Shown piece by piece: positions 14,337 to 27,900 of a stretch of DNA of 64,000 nucleotides. This DNA is from Antedon mediterranea (lineage: Eukaryota > Animalia > Echinodermata). The DNA lies in the NCBI RefSeq assembly GCF_964355755.1, contig NC_092680.1, positions 4,278,001 to 4,342,000 on the forward strand, read 5' to 3'. How positions within the stretch are numbered: position 1 is the first letter of the stretch; every line of letters begins with the position of its first letter. The notes beneath the pieces were generated by a model. It worked only from the letters and a program-made list of their open reading frames with translations, did no database searches and was not told where the DNA came from. Made by a program: the position numbers and the translations under genes.

Positions 14337-14500
14337 AGCTCTGTCCACACTATCAAACTTTATGTGACAACAAAATTTAATGTGCCCATATATGGACATG
14401 ATGGCGTTATATCCCTAGCATAATTTATTTTGGGTATATCACTACTATATTTGGGCACATCACACTTTTGTCAAACTAGTTTGATAGTGTAGACAGAGCT
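14337..14500. mobile_element. MITE family 1, full copy
   Basis: TIRs AGCTCTGTCCACACTATCAAACT / AGTTTGATAGTGTAGACAGAGCT. Confidence 0.85.
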
Positions 14501-14867
14501 TTGAGCAAGATCTGTGATCCATCAAGCTCATAATTTCGGAATTTTTTATATAAGTGCTAAATTAGTTTTTCAAAAGCAATCAAATTAAGTAATTCATTCC
14601 GAAATATACCGGTTTAATCCTATTCAATGCAAATCAATGTAAATTATTTTAAAATAAAATTCTAGTCTACATTAGAAAAACATCCTCTTTACAATTAAAG
14701 GGTTGATGCACATTAATTAGTTTCATATAAGATGATAATAATTCTGTTATTGTTTTGTTCCTTTCATGTGAGGCGTTTCCAGAAAAATACAGAAAGTTGT
14801 GATGAAATCATGGTAACACGCACTCTGTTGCATCCGTTCGTAACCTGATGTAACTGCGCATGGCTAA

Positions 14868-15110
14868 AGCTTGGTTCCCACTAGAGACGCAACGCAAGCG
14901 AGTTGATCAATCACACAAGTGACAGTTCGGATGATCCATCGTTGCGAAACATCCTTTTGAGTTTCGTCTCTCGCTCTTGGGAACATAAAGCCCTGGTTTC
15001 CACTTGGACACAACGACGCACGATACAATCACAATTGCCGCGACTGTGGTCACATTACTTGCGTTGCGCTTACATACGTCTTTGCGTTGCCTCCTAATCG
15101 AAACCAAAAA
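14868..15110. mobile_element. MITE family 2, degenerate or compound copy
   Basis: agcttggttcccactagagacgcaacgcaag start, with ttgcgttgcg motifs. Confidence 0.65.
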
Positions 15111-18100
15111 CCTTAAAACCATGCATTGATATATGTCTATACGACTAACTTAACTGCAGTGTATGCAGTGGAGCCTCTATCGAGGGGACATTTTCCTTTT
15201 TAATAGGCTAGCCTTTCAAAATTGCCCTTTGTTCATTTCACGAGAAGACTCCTTAAAAGATGTATTCCAAAGAAGGGGTTTTACTGATACACTGTTCTGC
15301 CGCCTATAGGCCTAATGAGGAATCTTGCACTAAGCATGAACTTGTTACTTGTCACGAGACAGACAGAATGTGTTGTCCAATAAATTATGAAGTACTAATA
15401 ATACTTTGCATTTTGTCTAGCAACATCTATTAGTCTTATATCATAAATTCGAACCGTTCATCATCTGTTGATGATAGTCTGGAAGAGAACGTCGAACAAT
15501 GTCCTATTCATATAGTGGAGCGTACCGGTATGATGCATCATGACAGTTGACTATAATGCAAAGCTTACATATTTCCTAAATTAACTTAACCCTCTCAATC
15601 TGTTTCTGTCCCCAAGGCTGTGGCAGGGCCTAGTGCTGAGGCAGGGAGAGCACACCATATCATCTTTTTTTGTCTGCGGTTGACGCCACCTGTATTCGGT
15701 CTCGTACATTTTATGTTTAGCATTCTCAATTTTAAGAATACCCGCGTTATAATGTCAGAACATTAGGAACAGATAATACAAATTTTTGTGAAGATGCCGA
15801 TGGATGTTTATACCAACTTTGAACGTATGAATTGCATGCCTCACTGGCTCGCACTTTGGTAAAACTATCACGATTCGACCTGTCCATTTAATTGAGGTGA
15901 CGTCATATTAAGTGTTTGTTCTCATAAACAGACCTATGCATCGACGCTGACAGTTTAAATATTTGCCAGGTCTTGTACACTAAATTATGTTAGTATAACC
16001 ATGAAATTAAATTGTATATCAAAAAAGGAGCTGATATAGGGTTTGTAAATAGATATTAATAATAACAGCTGTTGACAATGCGGTTTTGTCGCGCAGTAGA
16101 CCGATGGTAAAGATAGGCTACAAAAGTTAACATGTGACGTAATAGGTAGGCTATGCACACAATGGAGCAGATCCGTTAGGAACGTGAGGATAGGGAACAA
16201 TTTATGAGAACATTAGTAAAAGTTATCGGAAAAGTATATTTTTGTTTAGCCCTAAGCGTTATATATCACAATCCTTTATAATTAGCACTGTCCTTATTGT
16301 GTTTATTTCTATCAATTCCAGTCAACCATCCGTGCAAATGAATAAGTCAAACGTACCCTTTTAATACAAATTTGTTTGAGACACCACACAGTACGAAGCC
16401 TTTTCAATAAGGTAAATGTAGAACAATCGGTTTCACATGAACGGATTGTCTGTTCTCTTAAATATAATACCTTTCTGTTTGCTTTTTAAAATCATACACA
16501 AATAACATGCCGACGTTTTGATACGGAAGTTTTAAACTGTTTACAATCGATATAAAACCTCTTTTATAGTTGTTGGGATGATAGGTGGCGCTATCTACAG
16601 TATTTCCAATACGAAAACATTGATGTCTAACTCATGTCAAGGTTCGTTTCGTGTTTTCCTACGTTTCGTGTTTTCCGAAGTTGCTTATTGCATATATTGT
16701 ATCTTCTTTGGTTATGTGTAACATTACTGTATATACTGTACTTAATTTATTTAGGAATGCAATATCATAAACTATAGTTTTAAAATTGAATGTTATTATT
16801 TTTATACTGACCGTGAGGAACACAAAAATAGTCAGATGTCAAATATAAGGACGGTGTGAACAATACAACGCATGTTAGCAAACGATGGCGAAAATCTATA
16901 GATCAAACAGCGTTCCATACTTTTTAAAAATTACATGAAAAAATTCCAAAACATTAATTGTATGTCATCAACACTTCTGCTAAACACTGCAGACTGTGAT
17001 CGTATATCTACTAGATGATGCCAAAGTCTCATAAACAGGATTAAGAAATGTACAAACATTTCCTTATGACGTTACAACATATAAACACACAAGTTAGTTT
17101 ATTTAAATACTTTTATTGCATTTTTTGCTTACTCTACTGTCTTTATCAATACAAACAAATCAAGACAATATATCGTATTCTCCAATGAACATAAAGTACA
17201 TGTTTTTGTCAATTATTCATCTATGGGTTGACTTGAGTTGTTGATGAGCATAATTTAAATAAGCTATACTATAATAACGTTAAAGTACGTACTGGACAAT
17301 TTTCTCCGGAAAATTAAGGAAGTAAGAAAATTGTATTACTGTTTATGATATGGAATCGATGCTGAATTGTCGAAAATATCTTAGTATGCAAAAGAATTCC
17401 TTTAATGTAAACGAAAACAATTTACATATATATATATGTGCACTCTTAGCAATACTAATAGCACAATTTATACTTTTTAACTTATGTATTATTTCCAAAT
17501 AACCATTGAAACAACCCCTCAACGAACATGGGGTACCACCATAGTAATGAACTAAGTCTTTTTAACTAATTCTAAATATCTAAATAAGCAAAAGGTTCAT
17601 ATAAACATCACCGCTTAAACATTTACCATCGTGCACACTAGAAAAATATTAATATATCACTTAGCACTTTATCGAGAGAAAAAACAATGTAACGTATAAA
17701 ACATCTCAGTATCTCGATTTCCAGAATAGTAATAATGAGAAACTTAATAGCACCTATTTCACACATTTTCTCATATAAACATAAACCATGGAGAATTTTT
17801 TACAAACTAGTAACATGACCAGTCGAGCTTTAGTGAAATATACAATTTTTTTTTAATGCAAGTCCCTTGCAAGTCCCCTTATTGTATCTGTGAAGAATTA
17901 TGAACTACGCACCAAGTCGTGCACATGCGCACAAAGACTGTTAAACTGTTAAGATAAGGAATTTAACACTAAAACGTATTTACATCCACAATTGCAAATT
18001 TACTGTTTAAACATCGTTATATTAACACAAGCTCTAACTGGTCTCGGAAAATTGAAATCTAATGGGACTTGTAACATGCTGTATTAAGGTCAGTAATGAC

Positions 18101-18521
18101 ACGAGCGGCCACCGTAACGAGATGACGTCACATGTTCGACTTTTCTATACACATCAGCTAAACCGTTACTTATTTATTTTGCCGAGTGGTTTTCAGTTTC
18201 CATTTGTTTTGCTTTTTTAAAAACAAAACTTCAAAAGTGTGTTATAAATAAATTAAATAAATAAAGTGTATAATGTTTCATTCTATGACTTCAACATACT
18301 TTCTATTTTGTAAATTTAATTTGTGTGAACAGGTACTTTATAGTTTATGATTTTTAAAGTCTAAACAAATCGTTTTAATGCTCGAATGCATGTACGTAAT
18401 GCGGTTGTAGTACTGTAGTTTAACATGTCCACAAAATGTCAATACGTTCGCAAGACTAAACATCTGTCACGTAGGCCTACTGTTAATTGAAGCAACAAAG
18501 GTGGTCCTTCAGGAAGGACGT

Positions 18522-21500
18522 TTAGACGGTGGTGATTATGTTTTCAATGTAGTAGACTTCGGTGTGTGACTGTGGTTGATGAAGAGCTGGTATACTCATC
18601 ATACTTCCAAGGTATTTTACACGATGTGTTTCTGTGAGCTGATGTTTCGAAGTCCTGGTTCGATGACGTACAATTAAGATTAACACCATTGCCGAAACAT
18701 GTAAAACACCACATAGGTAAAACGTAGCATTGTAGGTACCAGTTGCATCCAATAGAGTACCTAGTGTAAAAAAACGAAAACGTCACAAGTTACTACAAAA
18801 CCAGACCTCTCTGTGGGGAGCAAGGATGACATTTTGCTTTTACATGAGAATGTTTAAAGTTCTATTTTATTGAGCGCTCCAGTTCCAGCTCAAAGTTTTG
18901 ACACGCCAGGTGTGCCAAACTTTTTTTAGGCATATTAATCTAAAATCCCCGTCAAAACATAGACTATAAAAGTCAACAAAAAGCATGCCTACTTTTTTGT
19001 TCAGATCAACCATTCAACGCAAGGATATGGAATGGAAAGTATTGTCCAAGAGAATAGAATTCAGTGTTTTATGGCACAGTTGAATATAATAAGCCTACTA
19101 ACCTGCAATTACTGAGCCAAGAAGATTTCCAATTCCAAAGGCTACACAAAGAAAGGTGCAACCAACAGAAGTTTGATTAGGCTGGAACACTTCAACGCAC
19201 AGAGGAAACCAAAGCGTGTTGATCAAAGACCTCGCCAGGCTCAGAACTATTATAGAACATTAAAAACAATAGTTAAAATCTAATAATTAACTACTAAAAT
19301 AGCTGTAAACACAATATGGTTAGCTCTGCTGTAAATCTTAAACATTGGCCAAATACTAATTTCTTTAGTTTATTATTATTTCAGATTTTAATAAAACCAA
19401 AATAGGAGAAGAATTGTCAAATTGACTGAGTCATTATAAGTTCATGGCAGTATGGTTTTTGTTGTCATTATTTTAAATTGAATTCTCAACATAATGCTGG
19501 ACAAATGTTCAATATGTTTGGCTAAAATACTGTTTTGGCATATTAAATTACAGTTGGAATAGTTCCATTGAAATGGAACGATTGATTGATTTAATCAGCA
19601 ATTAGATTAAATATTTTAGGATATCTAAATGTATGTCGTTGAAAATATTGATTGACCTTTACAGCATTTAAGTGCATCATGACGTCACGTGATGAAATAA
19701 TTAGTTACAAAACGGCCAAAAATGAGTTTGATTTCGGTGAATATTGAATGTTTTGGATACATTTATTGAATAATATTTTTTTTGTTAAGAAAATTATGAT
19801 TATGGCCAAATGTAGTTACAGTACATAAAACGAGCTACAAGATTGTGCTACATTGTGAGAAAATAATAACAGTGAACAAGAATTTAGAAGTCTAATAGAA
19901 AAAAAAGTCATACTAAAATGACAGTGTACCAAATACATATTTAAATGGACATCGATGTTCAGAGAGTGCTTTTTTGTGTAACAGTTGCTCGCCCGTGAGA
20001 ACTACATGCGTTAAATTAACAATACTGAAAAAGAAATACAGTTACTAAATTAATCCGCGAACCCACTATCACCGTTTATTCAGCGAAGCAATGTGAAATC
20101 CAAATTACTTTGCAGTAAACAAAGCCGCGGAGCAATCTTGCGAAATTTGGCGGGGAAAGCCCCAGACGATAAATGGTGATAGTGAGATAATCCTAACATT
20201 ACTATCACGAGGTAGTAAGTGTTACACAAAGCACATTTACTGAATACCGGGAAGTTTGAACAGTTTTACCTTAACGTGACCTTTCTTTTTTGAAAAAGAA
20301 GTGTTTCAATTACTTGACTCGTGTCTATTTGTTGGGATTACATCCAAGACATCTTTACTTAATTTGTATAGTTTTAAATTTGAATCTATCAGATTTCTAA
20401 AATTCTTTTAAATAAAAAAAAATGTGATTGATTGTGGCTCTTTCAAATTTGAAAAATGTCGTGAAAGAAAATCATTTAAATAGGTGGTAATAAAATATTG
20501 ATTTTAAGATACAAATTTGAATTGTCACATGACTAAATTATTTAATTTGTTTCCAAAATTGAACATCGCAGACAATCATTCACAAGTTTAGTTATATATT
20601 GGGCGTACACCTATTTGGTGTGATTTTATATATTGGTGGTCTGAGAAAAATAGTTCCACCCATCGCAGGTTGGTGGTTACCTATAATACATATTAGCACT
20701 CCGGCGAAGTTGTTGGCCATAAACGGTAGTACCACTGCCGGCACAGCACCCACGAGGCTAGCTAGCCCGTAGGAACTTGAAACCGCCAGCGGTAGATGAT
20801 CTCCAAGTAGGGTGCAGAGTACACGACCACCAAGCTCAGTTCCTCCCATCACGGTTAGGAATAGAGCACCATCCTCGTCGTCAAAGCCAACGCTACGCAG
20901 AAATCCAATCTATACAGATGTGGGTAGACTATGATGTTAGGCATATACATGAACATGGCGGACAACTGGAGGTGTTATGACGTTCATATTTAACATTTAA
21001 ACCTTAAACTTGCATATTTTAATACGTAAACATTTGAATTTGAATTTTTACTTCTAAAGCAGTTTTGATTGGTTGGCGTTTGAATTATAACATTTTCGTT
21101 TCGCGACAAGCAAATTAGAGCGACTGCAGTTAAACAGAAAACCAAAAAAGAAATGTTTTTTTTTTTTTTTTTTTTACCACAATACAATTTCGAAAAAACA
21201 TTGTATAAGCAATGATTTCGAAATTACATTTTGTTTTTTACAACAACCAATAGTAAACTGCTTTGTAATTAATTCACACGTCCAATACGCCTGCCATGAT
21301 CGTTACGATTTTTTCCTTAATATAAACTGACAAGAGGTTTCCACATGTCTAAGCAGGAAGAAACCTCTCCACTTAACGGTCTAATTAGTATGTGAACTTA
21401 GATTGACACCAAGGTTGAAGGAAAACATTACGCGATCTCAAATCTCAAATGTGGATATTAATTAATCCGAATGTAATTCATTTAGGAAACTCTGTAAAAG

Positions 21501-21875
21501 TTATTTAGCTTAGAAATAACTCTTAAAGAGAACACATCACATAAGTGACTTCTAGAAAGAAAGAACTCGGGTATGATGAACAGTTAAATTAATTAATTAG
21601 GCTTATCAAGCTAACGCAATAAACCAAAATATATCATGTACACATTGCGGCAATATGTATTTGTTAAGTTTTTCAACAGTTTAAAACTTTAAACGACTTG
21701 CGCGAGTGCTTTGATTTGAAACCGTCGTAAGTTCCCAAAACCTTCGTGTCTGAACCGACCGAGGAAATTCTCTTTGTTATCTATAACAACTAAAAGGCAT
21801 CCGTCTGACACAATCCTTGTCTCACCAAGCTGTCTCGGTTTACATTTTAAACAACAGAACCGCTCTTGATTACGT

Positions 21876-21913
<38 letters not shown>

Positions 21914-24900
21914 TTCAAATTAAAAGTTTATCTTATATTGTGAATGGTAATTTTACCATATTATTACAATGCAGACAAATGTGTATCATCTGTAAAAGAC
22001 TTTATTAATAATTTAATAATCTCCTAAACATGCGTAGTCGCGGTAAGTTCACCGATTCGATGACATTTTACAATTAATATGCATCATTTTTAGATTCTGT
22101 TGTTGATTTAATAACCAGGATTGTGTAAAACAGGTAAAATTTGTGCAATTAATCCACAAAGGCAATTTCAATATCATATTATATAAAACCAAATACGTTA
22201 TATTTTGTAATAACGTTATTATTTTATTTATGAGGTCGGGTTTTTTCCAGTTTGTGTTTTTGCATGGAAGTTCATCAGTCGGTTCATCTTATGAAATCTT
22301 ACTCTAAATACCACGTGTTATTTACTAGTGTTGATACGTACCAGGTCTACATAGAAGAACACAATGGCGATACCTAAGAACAGAAAAGCCGTAGATATCA
22401 GCCACGCGTTGAGCTCTTTTAGCAAGCTAACTGACTTCTGCGCAAAGCTCTCTCTCCTCATTGGCATTCGGATTTCTTTGACTGGGTTTACTTTCTTCTC
22501 AAAGACTTCATCAGCATCTTCAGTTTCAAAGGACTGCGATGGTGAGCCAAGAAAGATACAACATACCAATCCGTTAAACATTATGATGGCGGCCATGATA
22601 CGGAACGTCACACGCCATCCTAACATTTCTATGAGGGTTTCTAGTATGCCAGGAAATACCATCATACCTACAAAAAAAACACAAATTTTCCAAATTTTGC
22701 TGCAAATCTAACGTATGAGTGCGGAACATTTTGTTGTGAAGGCGGAATATTATTGTTGTAAGGGCGGAATATTATTGTTGTGAGGGCGGAATATTATTGT
22801 TGTGAGGGCGCTATATGGATTGATAAGTACAACTGATGTTGGATCTCAAACAAATAATACTGAAGTGAGATTAATTGTACTATATGAGACTTTGTATAAT
22901 TGACATCTGTTGAAGAAGCACGAAAGATAAGAAATGTTTGTTGTACGGCAAATAAATATTTGGTTTGAACTTTAAGCACGGTCAATATTAGGTGAATTCA
23001 ATAACACTTTAACCTTTATCGTTATTAAACAAAAAGTTGTCAAACTATTGTATTATTTTGCAAGTCATTTGCATACCAGAAGTAGATTTTAATTAGTTTA
23101 ACATATTGTGTTTAAACATTTCCATGTGCCTGAGTATCTCTAGGTAATTGTTAAAGTTACTTCGCCATGACAGCACAAAAGTACACCATTCGCGTCGAAG
23201 CGCGTATATGGAGGGTTACAATAATGTAATACAGGCGAGGTATTTAGTGTTTTTTGCAATAATTGTTAATTTTTAACCTTCATCGCGCGCGCGCATGGAA
23301 TTCTCTGTGTGGTATCAGTAAAGATAACCTAATGGTTAAATAGTAAACTTACCTAGAGCTGAGCCCAAGCCTACTGTACCGGTGGCCAATGCGCATTTAC
23401 TGTTTCGATACAAGTTTAGAATTGTGTTGTAGGAAGTAAACTGGACCATATTACCACCGATGCCCAGTGAAATACTGTATGTAAGGAATAGAAGAGCTGC
23501 AGATTGAACAAATGACGTCACGATGCAACCAATTGAACACAACGCAAGACCAACGATGATTATCGGACGATAACCAAAACGATCGAAGAGCGCTACCGTT
23601 ATCGGCGACGAGATAACGACAAGACTGATCGCAGCCGATCCGATCCAACCTAAACGAGAAAAAAAAAACAAGAATGATATTAGATAAGATTATTATATTA
23701 AAAATAAGAATATATACAACAATAAAATTAGTCATGTCAGTTCAGTCATGTTATGTTATGTTTTCAAAAATAGAAACATTTCAAAATAGGCCTATGCATT
23801 TTTATCAATTATTGTGTATAATAAAAACCCCTACTCCGAATCCTATTAATAAACATTTATCAATCATTTTAATTTCAATACGTATTTTTTCAAAACCAGG
23901 CACAGGGTCAAAGGTCTACTTATGCGAGTTTATTAACATTTCAAAAGGCAGAAGATAGCTGATATCTTATAATAAATGCGTCACGGGGACCATGGCAACA
24001 TGTATAATGTAATTCACTGTCAAGTAAAGAGCTTCTCTCTTCATATTCTAATCGCAATATCTTATCTCGTATCAATACGGTTTTGCTTAGTTCTACATCA
24101 TTTTTTGAATATTATCAGGTTCACCTGATAATAAAGTTTAATGTATAGGTTATATATAGTTATTTAATTACACAGATGCTATTGTAAAATGCTTCCTTAT
24201 TTGCATAATATAATAATACAATAATAATACATTTATTGAACACCTGTTTATTAGTTATTTGCATATCTATTTTTGAAAATAAAAAAGTTTTATTTATTTG
24301 TTTTAAATGCTTGCAATTATTCACATTTAAATTCAACGTCTGTTGGTCTAAACCTCTGTCTACACTATTACACTACTGTATTTTGAATATGGTTGTGATA
24401 TGCTTAAATATGGCAGTGATATGATAATCATCATTTCCATATAATATGGGCACATGTCTTTGTCGCATAAAGTTTGATAGTGTAGACAGAACTTTAGGAT
24501 AATTCAAATCAGCTGTTTATTTCAATTCATTTTTACCAATTTATTCACATTCAGAAATTGGATAATTCACAAACAAAACCAGTGTCCTAATTACCCTTCC
24601 GGTCACTTTATTTAGCAAAATGAAAAAAAAGGAAAGTTGTATTACTTATCCACGATTAGGCAATTCTTTTGACACATTCTCTAACATTGCCCGACTGTGT
24701 GCAAAACGTTTTTAAGTCTAAATTTCAATTTTTAGAAATTATTTATACACTCGTATCAACAGCTACTGTAATATGTTGAATTCATTTAATAAATTATTAT
24801 ACTTATGTATCTCTAACGTATGTATATATAATATAACAATAATGATATCGCTAAAAAAACGAAGTTTTGGTATTTAAATACACGGTTCTTTATTTTCAAT

Positions 24901-27900
24901 AGTGAATCTATTGTACAAAAGGCATGCTGCATGTAATATCAGCTCCTTATATGGATTTCAAAGGTTTCGATTTCATTACAGTTGATCCTATCATGGAGAA
25001 TGATCCTATCGAGCAAAATGAGCGTGTTGGAATAATATTATAATTACCAACAACCAACGCATTAAAATAATGAATGCATCACGTGGTTTCGATTGCAAGC
25101 TTAATTAGTAAAGATCTGGTTCCAGCAGGTTTTTACCTGACTGACTGTCTGTTGTTATTGTCTGCTTCAAAAATACTACTGTATATATGCAAAGTACAGC
25201 CTCCTGTTGTTTTGTTGTCTGCTTAATATTAATACATTTCATTAAGGTTAAATCTATACTTAAAAACAAAATTAATATGTAAATGGCCCTGTAATTTCGG
25301 TGTCATTTAATTCATTTAAATTCACACAAATAATAATTTATTATAAAATAATAGTGTTATTAAGTTTTAGATTAGGTTAATTGAATATTCATTAATTCGA
25401 TTAATGTCGGTTCTGAAGCACCATTTACAGTTGGCATGCATGATGCTAATTTTATTAAAACAATAATTGTTTATGGTGCTTAAACTTAACCTGCTGAACG
25501 TTTTTTACGGTACTTTTTGCTAAAAGAATGATCATCAAGTAACCTTGTTCCCATCCGGTGACCAATAACGAGTAAACACCCTTTCATACGGTAAACTACT
25601 CATACTATTTTTTTAATTGATGACAATAAATTCTGTACCTGTCCTCGTATTAACACTTATGTTATTTTGTGCATTTCTTGCATTGGTAGTCTAAAGAAGG
25701 CTACAGTGTCAATCCTCGATCTATCTACGTTATTGCTATGTCTGAGGGATTTTTTTAAAACTCACTTTTAGGCCTGAACAATTACATGGACGACGCAATG
25801 ACGTCATTCCAACGTCTTCGATGGGAAGGCAATCAACAAAAGCTACAGGGTCTCGACTATAGTTACATTAGTTAGAGATAGGTTAGCCCGGAGGTCCATA
25901 CATTGAATTACTAAAGACGAATGCTACTGTGTGTAAATAAATAACAATTGATAGCCTTGATGTTGGCACATAATTTCTATTTTCTGTTTTCCCATTCCGA
26001 CCTGTTTCGCATTATTGTAGTTGCGTGCTATTGTTCACAACTTTCTATTGTTTTAAGACCACGTTTAAGGACGTTATTGAAACTAAACTTGTTATAACCT
26101 ACACAAACATATATTTGCATACAATATAAAATCAATCAATAGGTCAAGACAGGTTAACGATAACCGTATTGGATATCAATCGATAACAATCGATAATCAG
26201 TCACAAATTGTTTTAGTAGAATTTCAAAGACTGGAGCTGGGTAAGGTAGTACGCTCTCTGTGCCTACTGATGGTTCTCTAATAAAGTTTCGACGTAACTG
26301 GAAATTGTCAAAATGAACGAAATGTTTCAGCATCGACAACCATTAGGCCTATATAGAGTTAGACAGACCACGTTCGGGGCAAATCGTTTACAATAACCGA
26401 ACTTCGTTTTAATCGTCAATAACTCATTATCTAATTAAACTTAATTAGTAAAACAGGGTTACATTAAGTGGTTAAAATACGGTACTAACTTTACCATTGA
26501 GAACATTTTCTAGAAGTTACACATGATTTACCGAATTTTGTCCTATTATCGTAAATTTATTATATAGATTTTGTTAGGCATTTATACATTAACACAGAAT
26601 CAAGACTATATGGGGTAATGCATACATAAACGTCTGATATCAACTTTAATTTACTGGTGTCTCTTTTAGAATTTGATATAAATGTTAGGCAAAAGTAATT
26701 AATGAATTGTAATTTGAACTCTTTTCGAACCTCTTGCGGTGTAGCTAATAGGAAATAATATGCACGAAGTCTCGCCAAAACGTGATGTCTATACGCAAAG
26801 TTTCTGACTATATGCTTCATTATAATGGGCGTTTTAACACTATGATTTTTTTAAAGTTTTGCCAATTTGTGGAAAGTGGATAACGCGCAAAATAACCCCA
26901 CGCATAGAGAATTAAGATGCAATCCCCCTGAATTTGTTTTACAGAACGACGCCATATTTATTTATTGCATCAAAGATTAATATTACATTATTCTTTAAAA
27001 TTTAAATTATGTTTAGTCATTCAACCAATATTGATTTCTAGATATCCATAAAGTCCATAAACTCATACATTTTTGCTGTCCGGTATTACGTGCAAACTTT
27101 TCATGCAAAGTCCGTAACTATCGACTAGGCTACTTATATCAGTGGTGGGTTTCTGTTAATCTTATAATGGACGATAACTGTATTTGGATAAATTATTGTG
27201 AAACCTTTTGTCGAAGACTAATAAATATTAGCTGTACCCTCCAAGTCCAACAAAAGCATACAATTGTAATAGTATTACAACAAAAACCATAATCGCAGAA
27301 AGGATGTTTTTCTTCCAGAGATATATTGCGCAAACCTAAGAATGCATGCACATGGAATATCGTTTGAAATTGTGCAATCCTAATAAGGAATGAATGGTTC
27401 GCCATTTATAGCATCGTTTCACAAAACCTCAGCATGCGGAACTACTTATTATTTTTAACAATTTAGACAACACCATCGAACTTTAACTTCTCATGATTAA
27501 GGAAGTGTTTAACAGAAAGAATATTATTATACGTACCAAGCACTTTAGCAAGCAAAACAATGGAGCGCCGGAAATCACGTTATGTAATTAAAGCTCGATT
27601 TATAACTCGGCTTAAGCGTATTTCAAGCAATTTGACCGATCACTTGCGTTGCGCATTACGTCGTTGCGTGTTGCGTCAACATGCTGATGCTTAAGCGTGG
27701 TTCCCACTAGCGACGCAACACCAGGACGTAACGCAACGCAAGTGAATTGACCAATCACAAGCGATGGCTTATTCGCTTGTGATTGCTAACTGTCTATAAC
27801 TTCGCTTGTCATTGGTTAAATCGCTTACGTTGCGTCTACGTCCTTACGTTGCGTTCTAGTGGGAACCAAGCTTAATATTAACTACTCTACGTATATCAGC

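Noticed and set aside
26560-27405. Short minus-strand ORFs in SLC16B intron 1
   Set aside because: No recognisable domain or consistent splice signals, and SLC16B exon phases already join without them.
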